From NCBI GenBank assembly GCA_950097015.1, contig CATNEN010000005.1, positions 5,208,001-5,272,000 of the forward strand: a DNA stretch of 64,000 nucleotides, given 5' to 3'. Below, in pieces: positions 12,466-24,816 of the stretch. The DNA is from Macrostomum hystrix. Lineage: Eukaryota; Animalia; Platyhelminthes. The position numbers and the translations under genes are program-made. A model generated the notes under the pieces. It was not told where the DNA came from, ran no database searches, and worked only from the letters and a program-made list of their open reading frames with translations. The stretch's first letter is position 1, and the number at the start of each line of letters is the position of its first letter.

Positions 12466-13477
12466 CGCCTGGTGACCGCTAGCTGGCAGCAGGTGGCGCA
12501 GACAGGAACTCTGAGCAGATTTCTCTGTCATGCTGATGTAAAAAGAGACAAACATTTATCAACAAAAATGCAATGATTCAATGAAATTTGACACTTACTT
12601 GTTTTTTTCCAAGGAAAAGAGCTGACGCTTAGTTTGGAAATTCAAGTGCAGCACTCGATTGGGCATATCACTGCATGGCGAGCAGCTTTTGTAACGAGTA
12701 TGAAGGTGACATAGGTCCCCTAGTATCATTGGATGCTTTTTTTAACCAATCAAATTTTCTAGACCGAGGTGCTGTCTCACTTAACATGAAATATCTTTAG
12801 ATTTTACATCATCTCATATTTTGACAAACATTTATAACAAGTAATACAGAATTTACGTGTAAATTATTAAAATAATATTCCAATATTTTTAACACATCTT
12901 TGTGAGCTGCAATCAATTTAAACAAAAAATAGAACACAGAGTTGCGCTTTTCTTGAAAAATTAATTAAACTTTTCTCGTCTTTCTCTTTCAGTGAAAAAT
13001 TTTTAACGCGTACATTAGTTCTTCTCTGTAGTTTTCTGTAGTCTGTAATTGTTTTCTTAAACTGCTCGATTCAGGGAACTGTTAGAAGGGAAAAAATTTA
13101 AACTGGGAAACTGTTGAGACAACTGTTAGACAAAGAAAACTATTAGACAAAAACTGTTAGATATTAAAAGCCAGTTTTTGCCTCTAGGCTTTTCAGACAT
13201 CTAGTGTTTGATAGTAACTTTAATTTAATCAGAGTGATTAACACGTGATTAGAATGAGTTTATCGGAACTCTGTCACATTATTAAAAATGCAAAGGCGGA
13301 GACGGTCGCTACAGAATTATTTCAGCAATGGATTCAATTAATGGCAATGCAGATTCTATTTGTCTCCAGTCTAGCGTTTCTTAAAGAATTCGAAAGGATT
13401 TTTTAGCTCGGAGGAAGGGATTGAAATAAAGCTTTCTATCTTCGTAAAATTCGGCTTCTGGAGCACTACAAATCATG

Positions 13478-14090
13478 GAGACTGACTGTGAATGGGTGGA
13501 GAGTGACTGTGAATGGGTGGAGAGTGACTGTGAATGGGTGGAGTGCTACTGTGAATGGATGGAGAGTGACAGTGAATGGATGGAGAGTGACAGTGAATGG
13601 GTGGAGAGTGACTGTGATTGGGTGGAGAGTGACTGTGAATGGGTGGAGAGTGACTATGAATTGGTGGAGAGTGACTGTGAATGGGTGGAGAGTGACTGTG
13701 AATGGGTGGAGAGTGACTGTGAATTGGTGGAGAGTGACTGTGAATTGGTGGAGAGTGACTGTGAATGGGTGGAGAGTGACTGTGAATGGAGGGAGAGTGA
13801 CTGTGTATGGGTGGAGAATGACTATGAATTGGTGGAGAGTGACTGTGAATGGGTGGAGAGTGACAGTGAATGGATGGAGAGTGACTGTGAATGGGTGGAG
13901 AGTGACAGTGAATGGATGGAGAGTGACAGTGAATGGGTGGAGAGTGACTGTGAATGGGTGGAGAGTGACAGTGAATGGGTGGAGAGTGACAGTGAATGGG
14001 TGGAGAGTGACAGTGAATGGGTGGAGAGTGACAGTGAATGGGTGGAGAGTGACAGTGAATGGATGGAGAATGACTGTGAATGGATGGATT
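13478..14090. repeat. 21-bp minisatellite (GAGAGTGACTGTGAATGGGTG)n
   Basis: Tandem array whose period is divisible by 3, giving ESDCEWV-repeat ORFs. Confidence 0.96.
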
Positions 14091-14485
14091 TTAGCAGATA
14101 GTTGGGCAATGAGTTTAGATTTGAGAGCAGTGCATTTACTAATTGGTACATTGTATACTCGTACTAGTCTGAGACTTCAGTTTTCTATGCCGAAATAATA
14201 AAAGTGTAAAAGTAAAGTACACTTTGGGCTGGCAATTTAGAGTGAAAATATATTTAATTCCGTAAAATTTTCACCACTAAGATCTCTGAGAGCAATGTGA
14301 CAGCTTATTAATATTTTGTGGCATGCAAAATGGTCGGGTGTGTCTTTTGGCTTTATCTCGTCTAGTTATAAAACAGCAAAATCACTGCTGTCATTTTATT
14401 AGCGGCTCAAAAAACACATTGAATCCTTTAAGAAACGCAAAGTTTCTTTGTAGCAAATAGAGTCTGAATTTCCATTAATTTAATG

Positions 14486-15252
14486 CATTGCTGTACAGTC
14501 CGTTGTGTCTGTAGGGACAGTCTGTTGTGTCTGTAGGGACAGTCTGTTGTGTCTGTAGGGACAGTCTGTTGTGTCTGTAGGGACAGTCTGTTGTATCTGT
14601 AGGGACAGTCTGTTGTATCTGTAGGGACAGTCTGTTGTATCTGTAGGGACAGTCTGTTGTATCTGTAGGGACAGTCTGTTGTGTCTGTAGGGACAGTCTG
14701 TTGTGTCTGTAGGGACAGTCTGTTGTGTCTGTAGGGACAGTCTGTTGTATCTGTAGGGACAGTCTGTTGTATCTGTAGGGACAGTCTGTTGTATCTGTAG
14801 GGACAGTCTGTTGTGTCTGTAGGGACAGTCTGTTGTGTCTGTAGGGACAGTCTGTTGTATCTGTAGGGACAGTCTGTTGTGTATGTAGGGACAGTCTGTT
14901 GTGTCTGTAGGGACAGTCTGTTGTGTCTGTAGGGACAGTCTGTTGTGTCTGTAGGGACAGTCTGTTGTGTATGTAGGGACAGTCTGTTGTGTCTGTAGGG
15001 ACAGTCTGTTGTGTCTGTAGGGACAGTCTGTTGTGTCTGTAGGGACAGTCTGTTGTGTATGTAGGGACAGTCTGTTGTATCTGTAGGGACAGTCTGTTGT
15101 GTCTGTAGGGACAGTCTGTTGTATCTGTAGGGACAGTCTGTTGTGTCTGTAGGGACAGTCTGTTGTATCTGTAGGGACAGTCTGTTGTGTCTGTAGGGAC
15201 AGTCTGTTGTATCTGTAGGGACAGTCTGTTGTATCTGTAGGGACAGTCTGTT
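14486..15252. repeat. 22-bp minisatellite (CTGTAGGGACAGTCTGTTGTRT)n
   Basis: Highly homogeneous tandem array. Confidence 0.97.
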
Positions 15253-15502
15253 TGACTGACAGTCGCGTATTCCAAGGCATACGTATTCCAATCGCGTATT
15301 ACATGAACGATCATTTGTCCTCATCATTACTGTACATCTGGCTTCATACTATTGATAAACGTACGCGTTAATGTGAAAGTGTCTAAGAGTCATCACTAAC
15401 AGACACTGTAAATAACGGAGTAGCAATTCCGTGTACTTAATATCGGTAGTTATTTAAAGTAATGTTTTATTTAGAGCTAAAACAGACATGTTAGTCTTTC
15501 AA

Positions 15503-16246
15503 TCAGCCGAAGGCAATGAGCAATTGTTCGGCCAATGTTTTCGCTGGCTTCCTTCTGTCGTCGATCCGATAGCCAACTTCCGTGAGCAGCGAATCCGGTT
15601 TGGTGACCCGTGCGGCAACATTCTTTCCGTTGAGTTTCACAACGACCAATAATGGAATCCGTTTCTTGCAATTGTTGTGAAAACGTAGAATATTTCTTAA
15701 CCAGCCATCCGTGGTTCGAGTCGCAGTTCCACTCCGGTAGACGTTCATGAAGAGAACTCGTCGCACATGTCTGTTGTCGAGTGATGATGCCGATGTTGCA
15801 GCAGCTACTAAAACTCGCTTGCCTCGATGAGTAGCTACTGTCATTGAAACACCTCCGGGACACATGGCAATCGACTCCTGGGTCTGGTGCAAACCTGTGA
15901 GCTGCTGGTCGTAAACAACGACAAGAAATTTGACAGCTCGCGTGCTGACCGCGGTGAGAACTTGCAGCAGAACTTCTGCGAGTCTCTCGTTATTAAGATT
16001 GCCATGCGACACACGGATGGCGTCGACTAGCAGTTTGATGAGCGAACTGCTGGGTAGGACGGAATCGGCGAGACTCATCGACTCGAACTTGTGACCATCG
16101 ACTATAGAGGTGTGGCGAAGAACCACTGGCTTGCTGGCTGTGACTGCCGTGGTTGTCAATCTCTCTTCGGTTGTTGTGACAGCTTCGGAAACTTCTAGAA
16201 GAAGGCTTAAGATCAGAAGCACTGGCAGCTTTATTGAAAGCTTCAT
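15503..16246 (-). CDS. Single-exon predicted secreted protein of unknown family (247 aa)
   Basis: Starts with ATG and a hydrophobic signal peptide (MKLSIKLPVLLILSLLLEVSEA), then a Thr-rich linker and a non-repetitive alpha/beta-looking domain. GC-richer than its flanks. Confidence 0.72.
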   Translation of the reverse strand: MKLSIKLPVLLILSLLLEVSEAVTTTEERLTTTAVTASKPVVLRHTSIVDGHKFESMSLADSVLPSSSLIKLLVDAIRVSHGNLNNERLAEVLLQVLTAVSTRAVKFLVVVYDQQLTGLHQTQESIAMCPGGVSMTVATHRGKRVLVAAATSASSLDNRHVRRVLFMNVYRSGTATRTTDGWLRNILRFHNNCKKRIPLLVVVKLNGKNVAARVTKPDSLLTEVGYRIDDRRKPAKTLAEQLLIAFG

Positions 16247-16633
16247 TTTATACTACGAGTATATGGAGAACAGCCTTAACTGGTATTATCACTGTAGCTT
16301 TAAGCTATTCTTGATCAAGGTTATTTCTGTTTCCGCTTGTGCCTTTCTGTCTCTGCATTTATAGGCTGTGGATGTTTATGATAGTTCTATATTTGGACAT
16401 TTTAAGTATTCGATCATCCAAAGCCATGGAATTCACAACATCCTCGATGAATGGTGCTTCATGTGGGCGTGCTTTGGGGTGCCCGTATTTGATAAAATCA
16501 GTCATATTGTTCAATTAGTCATTCAATATTAATATTGTTAATACCATCAAATCACTGCTCTTTAGGATTAATAAGGGTTTTTCACAATACTTTAATATGA
16601 TTCTTTCTGACTTAGATGCAATTATGATGATGA

Positions 16634-18185
16634 TACAGTACTGGCTGTATCCTGATGGTCATACAGTACTGGCTGTATCCTGATGGTCATACAGTACTGG
16701 CTGTATCCTGATGGTCATACAGTACTGGCTGTATCCTGATGGTCATACAGTACTAGCTGTATCCTGATGGCCATACAGTACTGGCTGTATCCTGATGGTC
16801 ATACAGTACTGGCTGTATCCTGATGGTCATACAGTACTAGCTGTATCCTGATGGCCATACAGTACTAGCTGTATCCTGATGGCCATACAGTACTGGCTGT
16901 ATCCTGATGGTCATACAGTACTAGCTGTATCCTGATGGTCATACAGTACTGGCTGTATCCTCATGGTCATACAGTACTAGCTGTATCCTGATGGTCATAC
17001 AGTACTAGCTGTATCCTGATGGTCATACAGTACTGGCTGTATCCTGATATCATACAGTACTGGCTGTATCCTCATGGTCATAGAGTAACTATCGGTATCC
17101 TCATGGTCATACAGTTCTAGCTGTATCCTGATGGTCATACAGTACTAGCTGTATCCTGATGGTCATGCAGTACTAGCTGTATCCTGACGGGTCATACAGT
17201 ACTAGCTGTATCCTGATGGTCATACAGTACTAGCTGTATCCTGATGGTCATACAGTAGTGGCTGTATCCTGATAGTCATACAGTACTAGCTGTATCCTGA
17301 TGGTCATACAGTACTAGCTGTATCCTGATGGTCATACAGTAGTGGCTGTATCCTGATGGTCATACAGTACTAGCTGTATTCTGATGGTCGTACAGTACTG
17401 GCTGTATCCTGATGGTCATACAGTACTAGCTGTATTCTGATGGTCATACAGTACTGGCTGTTTCCTGATGGTAATACATTAGTAGCTGTATTCTGATGGT
17501 CATAAAGTACTGGCTGTATCCTGATGGTCATACAGTACTGGCTGTATCCTGACGGGTCATACAGTACTGGCTGTATCCTGATGGTCATACAGTACTGGCT
17601 GTATCCTGATGGTCATACAGTACTGGCTGTATCCTGATGGTCATACAGTACTGGCTGTATCCTGATGGTCATACAGTACTGGCTGTATCCTGATGGTCAT
17701 ACAGTACTGGCTGTATCCTGATGGTCATACAGTACTGGCTGTATCCTGATGGTCATACAGTACTAGCTGTATCCTGATGGTCATGCAGTACTAGCTGTAT
17801 CCTGACGGGTCATACAGTACTGGCTGTATCCTGATGGTCATACAGTACTGGCTGTATCCTGATGGTCATACAGTACTGGCTGTATCCTGACGGGTCATAC
17901 AGTACTGGCTGTATCCTGATGGTCATACAGTACTGGCTGTATCCTGACGGGTCATACAGTACTGGCTGTATTCTGATGGTCATAGAGTAACTATCTGTAT
18001 CCTGATGGTAATACATTGCTGGCTGTATCCTGATGGTAATACATTACTGGCTGTATTCTGATGGTCATAGAGTAACTATCTGTATCCTGATGGTAATACA
18101 TTACTGGCTGTATCCTGATGGTCATACAGTACTAGCTGTATTCTGATGGTCATACATTACTAGCTGTATTCTAATGGTCATACAT
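16634..18185. repeat. 28-bp minisatellite (CATACAGTACTGGCTGTATCCTGATGGT)n
   Basis: About 55 tandem units without spacers; each unit has an internal ATACAG/CTGTAT inverted repeat. Confidence 0.97.
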
Positions 18186-18874
18186 TCAATGGAAATTGCA
18201 AGACAATTTTATCTAGGGAACGGATTAGTCTTGTGTCTAGCAGAATGCAATTAAGGACTAATTAATTAGGATGCAAGATACATAATACCTGGAAAGGCCG
18301 ATTTAAGGCAAAAATAGGTTTTTCCTTAGGAATCGAAATCGTGTTTCTTTATTTCTACTTTTTAGTAGTCCCTGAGAGTGTTGCAAAGAATGTAAACAAT
18401 TCGAGATTATTTGATATTAAACATAATTGTTCTTCAACTCGCAGAAAGAAATCTTAGCAATGACAAATTGTGCAACTGAGTAATGTACGTTTTCTTTTTA
18501 ACTGGTTACATTTTTGTTCAAATCTGGCTGACTCTAAAAGCTTCTTATTATCTATCCAAGGTGACAGTTGTACATGCAAAAATGCACAAACTTGTGAACC
18601 ACTGTCTGTGTACTAGTTTGCACAATGCTCACTAGTATATAGTGTACAGTCTTTAATATCTGAACCGTTTCTATTTTTAGATCTCTTAGTCACACCCAGA
18701 AGGCTTTGCATTGGCGCATTGCATTGAACCAAATTTACTTAGTTCTTTTTTCCGTTGCTAGAAAATCTTTCTTTTCACAATTGAACAAGGAACTAACTAA
18801 TTCATTAGAATTTATTACTGAAGCTGTAGTAAATTTAATACTGTGATAAATATTGAAGCCCGCAGTCAGGTAAA

Positions 18875-20211
18875 ATGGCATTTGATATGGCTGAAAAGCG
18901 CTCTCGTGAGGAATTGAGGCGTAAACACTGCGGAGTGGATCTGCTGCAGGTGGTAACAGAGGTAAGCGTGTACAATCGACCGCTCAACTCAAAGAATGGC
19001 AATTCAGGCACTTTCTTTGGCTTGGTACACGAAGCTGCGGTTGCTACTACTGAGAATGGCAAGCTGTACTTGATTGAAAAAGGTGCGTAATCTTCCATTT
19101 CGCAGTTTTTATGTCATTTCATTCAAAATGCAACTTGCTTTGGTTTTAATGTATACGCCTTTTAGTTTTATGCCAATTTTTATAAATTAATATATATGCC
19201 CCAATTGGGCCAGACATGCAGCCGACAGCACAGCCGCAGCTATCGCGCGGCGCATCTGAAGGCTGCGTACGGCTGTTCAGTCCATGGACTGGGGGGGACG
19301 CCACACCCGCCCTCAATTACCCCAGCTGATGCTGGTACACATTTAACAGTTGGGTGAAATGAAGCAAATCAAATTTAAGTGTCTTACTTGGGAACGCAAA
19401 TCGGTTTAGTTGAGTTGAGAATCGAATCCCCGACCTTCAAGTCATGAGTCCGACGATCGAACCACTAGGCTACAACGCCAAGGAGATCGATTAAGAAAAA
19501 GTGACCGCTAGAAGCATGGGCGATGGACGTCTTAATGAAACATCTGGAGTGAAAAACTTCTTTCCTAATCAATTTTCTCCGCACCTGCAGTTTAGGCAAG
19601 TAAAAAAGATTATTTAGCTCAAAACTAGCCTCCTGAATTTATCCATGAGCAGGAGTTGATCCAAGCGACGACATCAACTACAAGGTCAAATATCGGGAGG
19701 GCAAGTCTCGAATCGTGGAAATCTCCTGGAAGGACATTCGCGATTGGCAACTCGTGAGAACAGTGGAAAATGTAGAGTCGGGCGTCACTCTGGAGGACCT
19801 GTTTGAGTCGTGCGGCAGCGAATACAGCCTGGCTACGGACAACTGCTGGAATGCAACTCACCGCATTCGTGCCAGGGCCAACCGAGAGGAGGACGGCATG
19901 ACTTGGCAGGGCAAAGCCGGCCTTAACCTCGGATTCGGACTCGCCTTTGGCATTGGCGTCGGGCTTCTTGCAAATGCTCTGTTGGGAAAATCCAATGAGA
20001 AGGTGAGATTCACTTGGGGGATGTTTGAGCTACTGAGTCGCTATGCTCACAGTGTCTGTCTGACTAACCGCCTGACGGTTAGAAAGCCATGGCAGATGTA
20101 CACCCAGTGTGAACTCGTGCAATGAGTTCAACCTAATTGTTCGACCGTAACAGGATATCAAACTGTCTTATAAACAATTTTACATTTCAGAAAGAGAAGA
20201 TGCAACAGTGA
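18875..20211 (+). CDS. Permuted papain-like (NlpC/P60; PPPDE/LRAT-PLAAT-type) putative thiol hydrolase/acyltransferase with C-terminal membrane anchor, paralog A
   Basis: Exons 18875-19082, 19653-20002 and 20191-20211 (phases 1, 0). The order is His (VYNRPL...VHEAAV...YLIE) before Cys (YSLATDNCW), followed by a Gly-rich hydrophobic helix and a basic tail. Family assignment is from motif order only. Confidence 0.75.
19200..19478 (-). mobile_element. SINE family B copy in intron 1 of paralog A
   Basis: Reverse-complement match to 6979-7264. Confidence 0.8.
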
Positions 20212-20764
20212 CAAGAAAATGTGCGGATAATAGATTAATAGATAATAAATTATTAATTTAGAACTTTTGATTAAGAATTAAGAATTAATAGTTAATATAA
20301 TTTAATTAAGAATATTTAATTGATCGTTCATAAATAAAATTTTATTCTTTAAAAAATAGTTAAGTAATCTTAAATATTCTTAAGTAGGAATATAACATTC
20401 TTTTTTAATGTAGCTTCAACCATTTTTTAATGAAACATCCTAATCGAAATGAAAGTTAATTTCACGTTCTAAGAATAAAATACTCGTATTACGCTCGCAA
20501 ATAATTACTCAAGAAATATAAAATAAATAAACCAATACTACACTAAACAATAATATGTGTTTGTCTCTCTACTTTTATTTTGTGTATCTTCGTGTTTCGA
20601 GGGCGATATTTTATTTCAAGTAATTAACTAATTGACTAATACAGAGCCGCGTGTGTTGACAAACTAACGAATATGCATCTTGGCAAGCCCACGAGAGAAT
20701 CAATAAAGAGACGAAAATAGAAAATTTACAGTTTGTCATCGATAATACTCGTAATATAATTTTT

Positions 20765-20990
20765 GCAGGAGGGCTGCGGACACTTGTGCATAATTTGGTG
20801 ACACTAGACCCGCAGCCAGAGAGGATCTCTCACCCCTCTTCTCCACTTTTTCACCTTTTCACCACTTCACCACCTTTTTCTCTCTCCGATCTCCCAAGAG
20901 GAAGTTCGGCCCATTTTGCTCTCACTCCTGAGCACTCTCACACAGGTGTGTACATCTGCCCTGAACGCTGAATTTCTCATCGTCAAGCAG
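20765..20990 (-). mobile_element. SINE family A partial/rearranged copy
   Basis: Carries the 3' part GCAGGAGGGCTGCGG...GTGACACTAGAC and the CACAGGTGTGTACATCTGCC block. Confidence 0.6.
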
Positions 20991-23211
20991 TTACCAAACA
21001 ATGCAAGTTGTAAATGTGTTACGACAAACTTGTTTATTTAGGAAACTGGCTTTTTGGCACCTACTGTGCCTCGGCAGGGGCGTATAGCGACAGAATCTGC
21101 CCCCCCCCAGAAAAAATCCAGGCTACACCATTGTGCCCCCCGGCGTACATATGTCATAGACTTGACAGCTGAACCAGGTGCACTTACTATTACGCAATCT
21201 TATAGTAAGCAGTCGTTTAGATAAAAGTACCCACGTGTCTTATCAAGACAGCAGCGATGCTTAGCCCAGCTCGCACGTTTCCACTTCTTTGGTATCAATT
21301 TTGTCCAATGAGTAGCTTTTACTAGTAGGTATTACGCTATCTACGAAAGCAGCCCACAATAGGTATATAAAAGGCATTGTGTGACGATAAATTGATGAAG
21401 ACAGTAAGTCCGTAGCGGCGACAGTTAAAGTTCACTTTCAGTCTTAGAGTCAGTTCCGAATATGTGGTGTAGCGGTAGCACTTTATTCTCGTTATACACT
21501 GGGATGCACGACAAGCAGAGAGTAAGAAAAAGCTAAGATGCAGGAGCTCAACGATGGCAATAGTAATAAAGAATGGTACGGCACGGCGAGGCAAAGAACG
21601 GAAATAGTACGCGAAGCTAGGACAGACACGCGAGGAGAGAGACGGCAGTGGAAGAAGGCAGGACAGAGGCAGGGGGTGGCGCGAGCGGGCCCAAAGCCCT
21701 TAGTTAAATAAACTTAATAAACTGCAGAACAGGGCGATCGATAAATCTAGAAACTGGCCCCAGCCAATGAGCGTGTAAGTACACTGGTCTGGGCAGACGA
21801 CAATTAGACATTAGCAAAAACAAGCTGGGGGCAGCGCGATGTGCACCAACGCCTACTAACAGTAACACTCTAAGAATTACAGCTTAACCATACGAAACTG
21901 AAAAATGGATGATAGCCAAATGACATCAGTAAAACGGCCCTAGTAAGTACACACGTAAATTAGCTATGCAAATTAACACGTAAATTAAATTGCTAGGGGC
22001 GCTTACAACAAGTGACAACGTCACAATTGCTTTGAGAGCAAACTAACAAAGCATTTTAAACACGACATGATGGAAGACTCAAAGACGCTGCTCAGGCGGA
22101 AGCATTCCAATGTAGATCTGCAGCTTGTGGTGACCCAGCTTGACTTGTACAGACGTCCGCTAACTGGTAAGGGCGGCAAGTCCGGAGCTCTAATCGGGTT
22201 CGTTCACGAAGCCGCAGTCGCTACGACGGAATACAATCAGGAACTATATTTGATCGAGAAAGGTAAGCTAAAACTGATCTTTAACTGAAACAGCTGTTCC
22301 GATTGATCCTCTAATCTAGCAATTTTCTAAATAACTTTCTCATTTCTAAATAGAGGCAATTTCCGTGCTGATCGCTGAGCAGACACACAGGTATGCACGC
22401 ATCTATCTGCATTGACTTTCTCATTGTCAGTCTGCACTCTCGCTGTGTCTTGATGATTGGCTTCTACAAGCTGTTTAAGAATTTAGATAAATTTATTAAG
22501 TTTTTCTCTAATGCAAATGTTTCTACGAAGAAATTCATTTTATCAGGCTTCGTCCCGTGGGTAGTGCAGCTTCGGGGAGAAATTCGAAGAGAAATACGAA
22601 GCTTAGACCTGAACCTTTTGTCCTTTTAAAGGTGTCAGCGTAAATGACGACATAAACTATGCGGTTCGCTATCGCGAGGATCAGTGTCGCATTGTCCAGA
22701 TCACGAAGCGAGACATCCGCGACTGGAAGCACATCCGAAGAGTGAAATAGGTACAGCCCGGTCTAACCCTGGAGCAGCTGTTTGACAACTGCGGCAGCGA
22801 ATACGACCTGCTCACCAACAACTGTTGGAACGGAGTGCACCGAATGCGGGCCACAGCCAATCCGGACGAGGACGGCCTGCCTTGGCAGGGCAAAGTTGCT
22901 GTGGGAGTCGGCGTTGCCGCGGTGGCCGCAGTCGGCCTCGGGATTCTAGCCGCAGTCCTGTCCGATGGCAACTCTAAAGAGAAAAAGGTGATAATTTTTT
23001 TTGAAATCGCTACTTTTAAAGTTAATAGCCGTTTGTTTGAATCAAATTAGTTTAGAAACTGTTTTAATTGCCGTCGAAATACCGAGACACCTAAACCGAG
23101 AGGTTTGGACTTAAAATCTCGACCGCGAAGGGAAATCATTAGAGTTACGATCGGGCAAGACCATTAACACTCCATCGCGTTCAGTTCAACTGTAAAATAG
23201 GTAGCAGTATT

Positions 23212-23566
23212 AATAATAATAATAATTGCAGGAGGGCTGCGGGCAATGGCACATCATTTAGTGACACTAGACCCGCAGCCAGCGAGGAGGCAATTCTGCC
23301 CATTTCGCTGACTCCTGAGCACACACGCACACAGATACCGTACGCAGGCACACGCTCACACAGGTGTGTACATCTCGCCTGACTTTCTCATCGCCTGACT
23401 TCACTGTGCCTTGGAGGTTGGCCCTCAAGGGCGTAAATTGCACGACAAGCCCCCAAGCCTTCTCTCCGCGGCTGCGCCCCAAATAAATGTGGCCTCGCCG
23501 TGGAAGCGAACTTAGGGACCTTGGTGCGAGAGACAAAGGCGTTAACCGCTCTGCCACCGACCCCCG
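23212..23566 (-). mobile_element. SINE family A copy
   Basis: Near full-length, with an (ATT)n tail at 23210-23226. Confidence 0.8.
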
Positions 23567-23626
23567 GTACCAGTATTAGCTTAGGTAATAACTTAAGCCA
23601 AGCTCAGTCTATATCTGTATCATGTA

Positions 23627-24526
23627 TACTGTCTAACAAAAGTTCTTGTACGGTTGCTTCTGTTGCCTCTAGTATCTATAATTTCCATCCGTTTCAAATG
23701 AAAATTAGTGCAAATGAAAGCTGGGAATCTCTGCAACATTTTCTGTTTCACCGTATTTTTTATTCTGGAGTGGCTTGTCGTTTAGCACAGACAGGTCGAA
23801 TAAAAAAAGTGACAGAATGACATAGAGCAAGCAGTCTATGGCCAACTTTCTTCACGCGCTGACAAACTCCACAGAGTGTCTAGGAAGCCTTCTGTCGATC
23901 GATCGCTCAGTGTGTGGGGTTTGCTTTACTTCTTCACCCCAGGCGACATGTCTATGGCCTAAACTGTCGCACACTGTATAACCCTGTGCTTCCTCGCAAA
24001 GTTCCATGACTTAACTTGCCCTTTCTGAGAGACATGCCTGTTGTGAGCCAAGAAATTCGTTGGAGAATCGGTTCGCTTAGAGAGGATGCAGGCTGGTCGC
24101 TTGGCAGGATTGCAAACCATCTCGTCGTGCCAAAATCTACTGTTCAGCACTATGCGACCAAATTTGCGGCAACGAATTCTGTCACCAATGACCATATCTG
24201 ATTATCTGTGAAGAAGTAAAGCAAACCCCACACACAGAGCGATCGATCGACAGAAGGCTTCCTAGACACTGTGGAGTTTGTCAGCGCGTGAAGAAAGTTG
24301 GCCATAGACTGCTTGCTCTATGTCATTCTGTCACTTTTTTATTCGACCTGTCTGTGCTAAACGACAAGCTGTTCCGAGCCACTCCAGAATAAAAAAATAC
24401 AGTGAAACAGAAAATGTTGCAGAGATTCCCAGCTTTCATTTGCACTAATTTTCATTTGAATCGGATGGAAATTATAGATACTAGAAGCAACAGAAGCAAC
24501 CGTACAAGAACTTTTGTTAGACAGTA
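23627..24526 (+). mobile_element. Tc1/mariner-type non-autonomous deletion derivative with about 310-bp terminal inverted repeats
   Basis: Arms 23627-23938 and about 24207-24526 are near-perfect reverse complements, with termini TA-TACTGTCTAACAAAAG...CTTTTGTTAGACAGTA-TA. The spacer encodes only the N-terminal HTH of a Tc1-like transposase (MPVVSQEIRWRI...SLGRIANHLVVPKSTVQH). Confidence 0.88.
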
Positions 24527-24816
24527 TAGATGTACGAGCTACATGAACAAAATGTTCCTTAACTAACAAAACATTATTAATTTTTCTTTTTTCAGAAGAA
24601 AAGCACGCACTGATAAACCTGGAGGATCGTTGTCTAAAATGACACAAGATCAACAAGACGATGGACGCCTCGATTCTAACGAGCCTATGTTCATCACGAG
24701 TTTTTAACAACAACATTTTATTTGCAATCTGATTTTTATTTTCACAGCTGCAACGCGTTAAATAGCAGGAAGGTATTTGCATAAATTTTAGCATAAACCA
24801 CCACTGCAGTCAGGAA

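Larger units (their letters stand above)
22067..24613 (+). pseudogene. Permuted papain-like gene, paralog B, with an in-frame TAG (possible pseudogene)
   Basis: Exons 22067-22262 and 22632-22987, with a probable last exon 24596-24613 (KKSTH*). It is colinear with paralog A and has the same intron phases, keeping VHEAAV and YDLLTNNCW. TAG at 22748-22750 aligns to AAT in paralog A. Confidence 0.7.

Noticed and set aside
16634-18185. CRISPR-like array of palindromic 28-bp repeats
   Set aside because: Units are head-to-tail with no unique spacers, there are no cas genes, and the context is eukaryotic.
21140-22009. Possible solo LTR (minus-strand start TGTTGTAAGCGCCCC)
   Set aside because: No second LTR, primer binding site, TSD or clear other end was visible.
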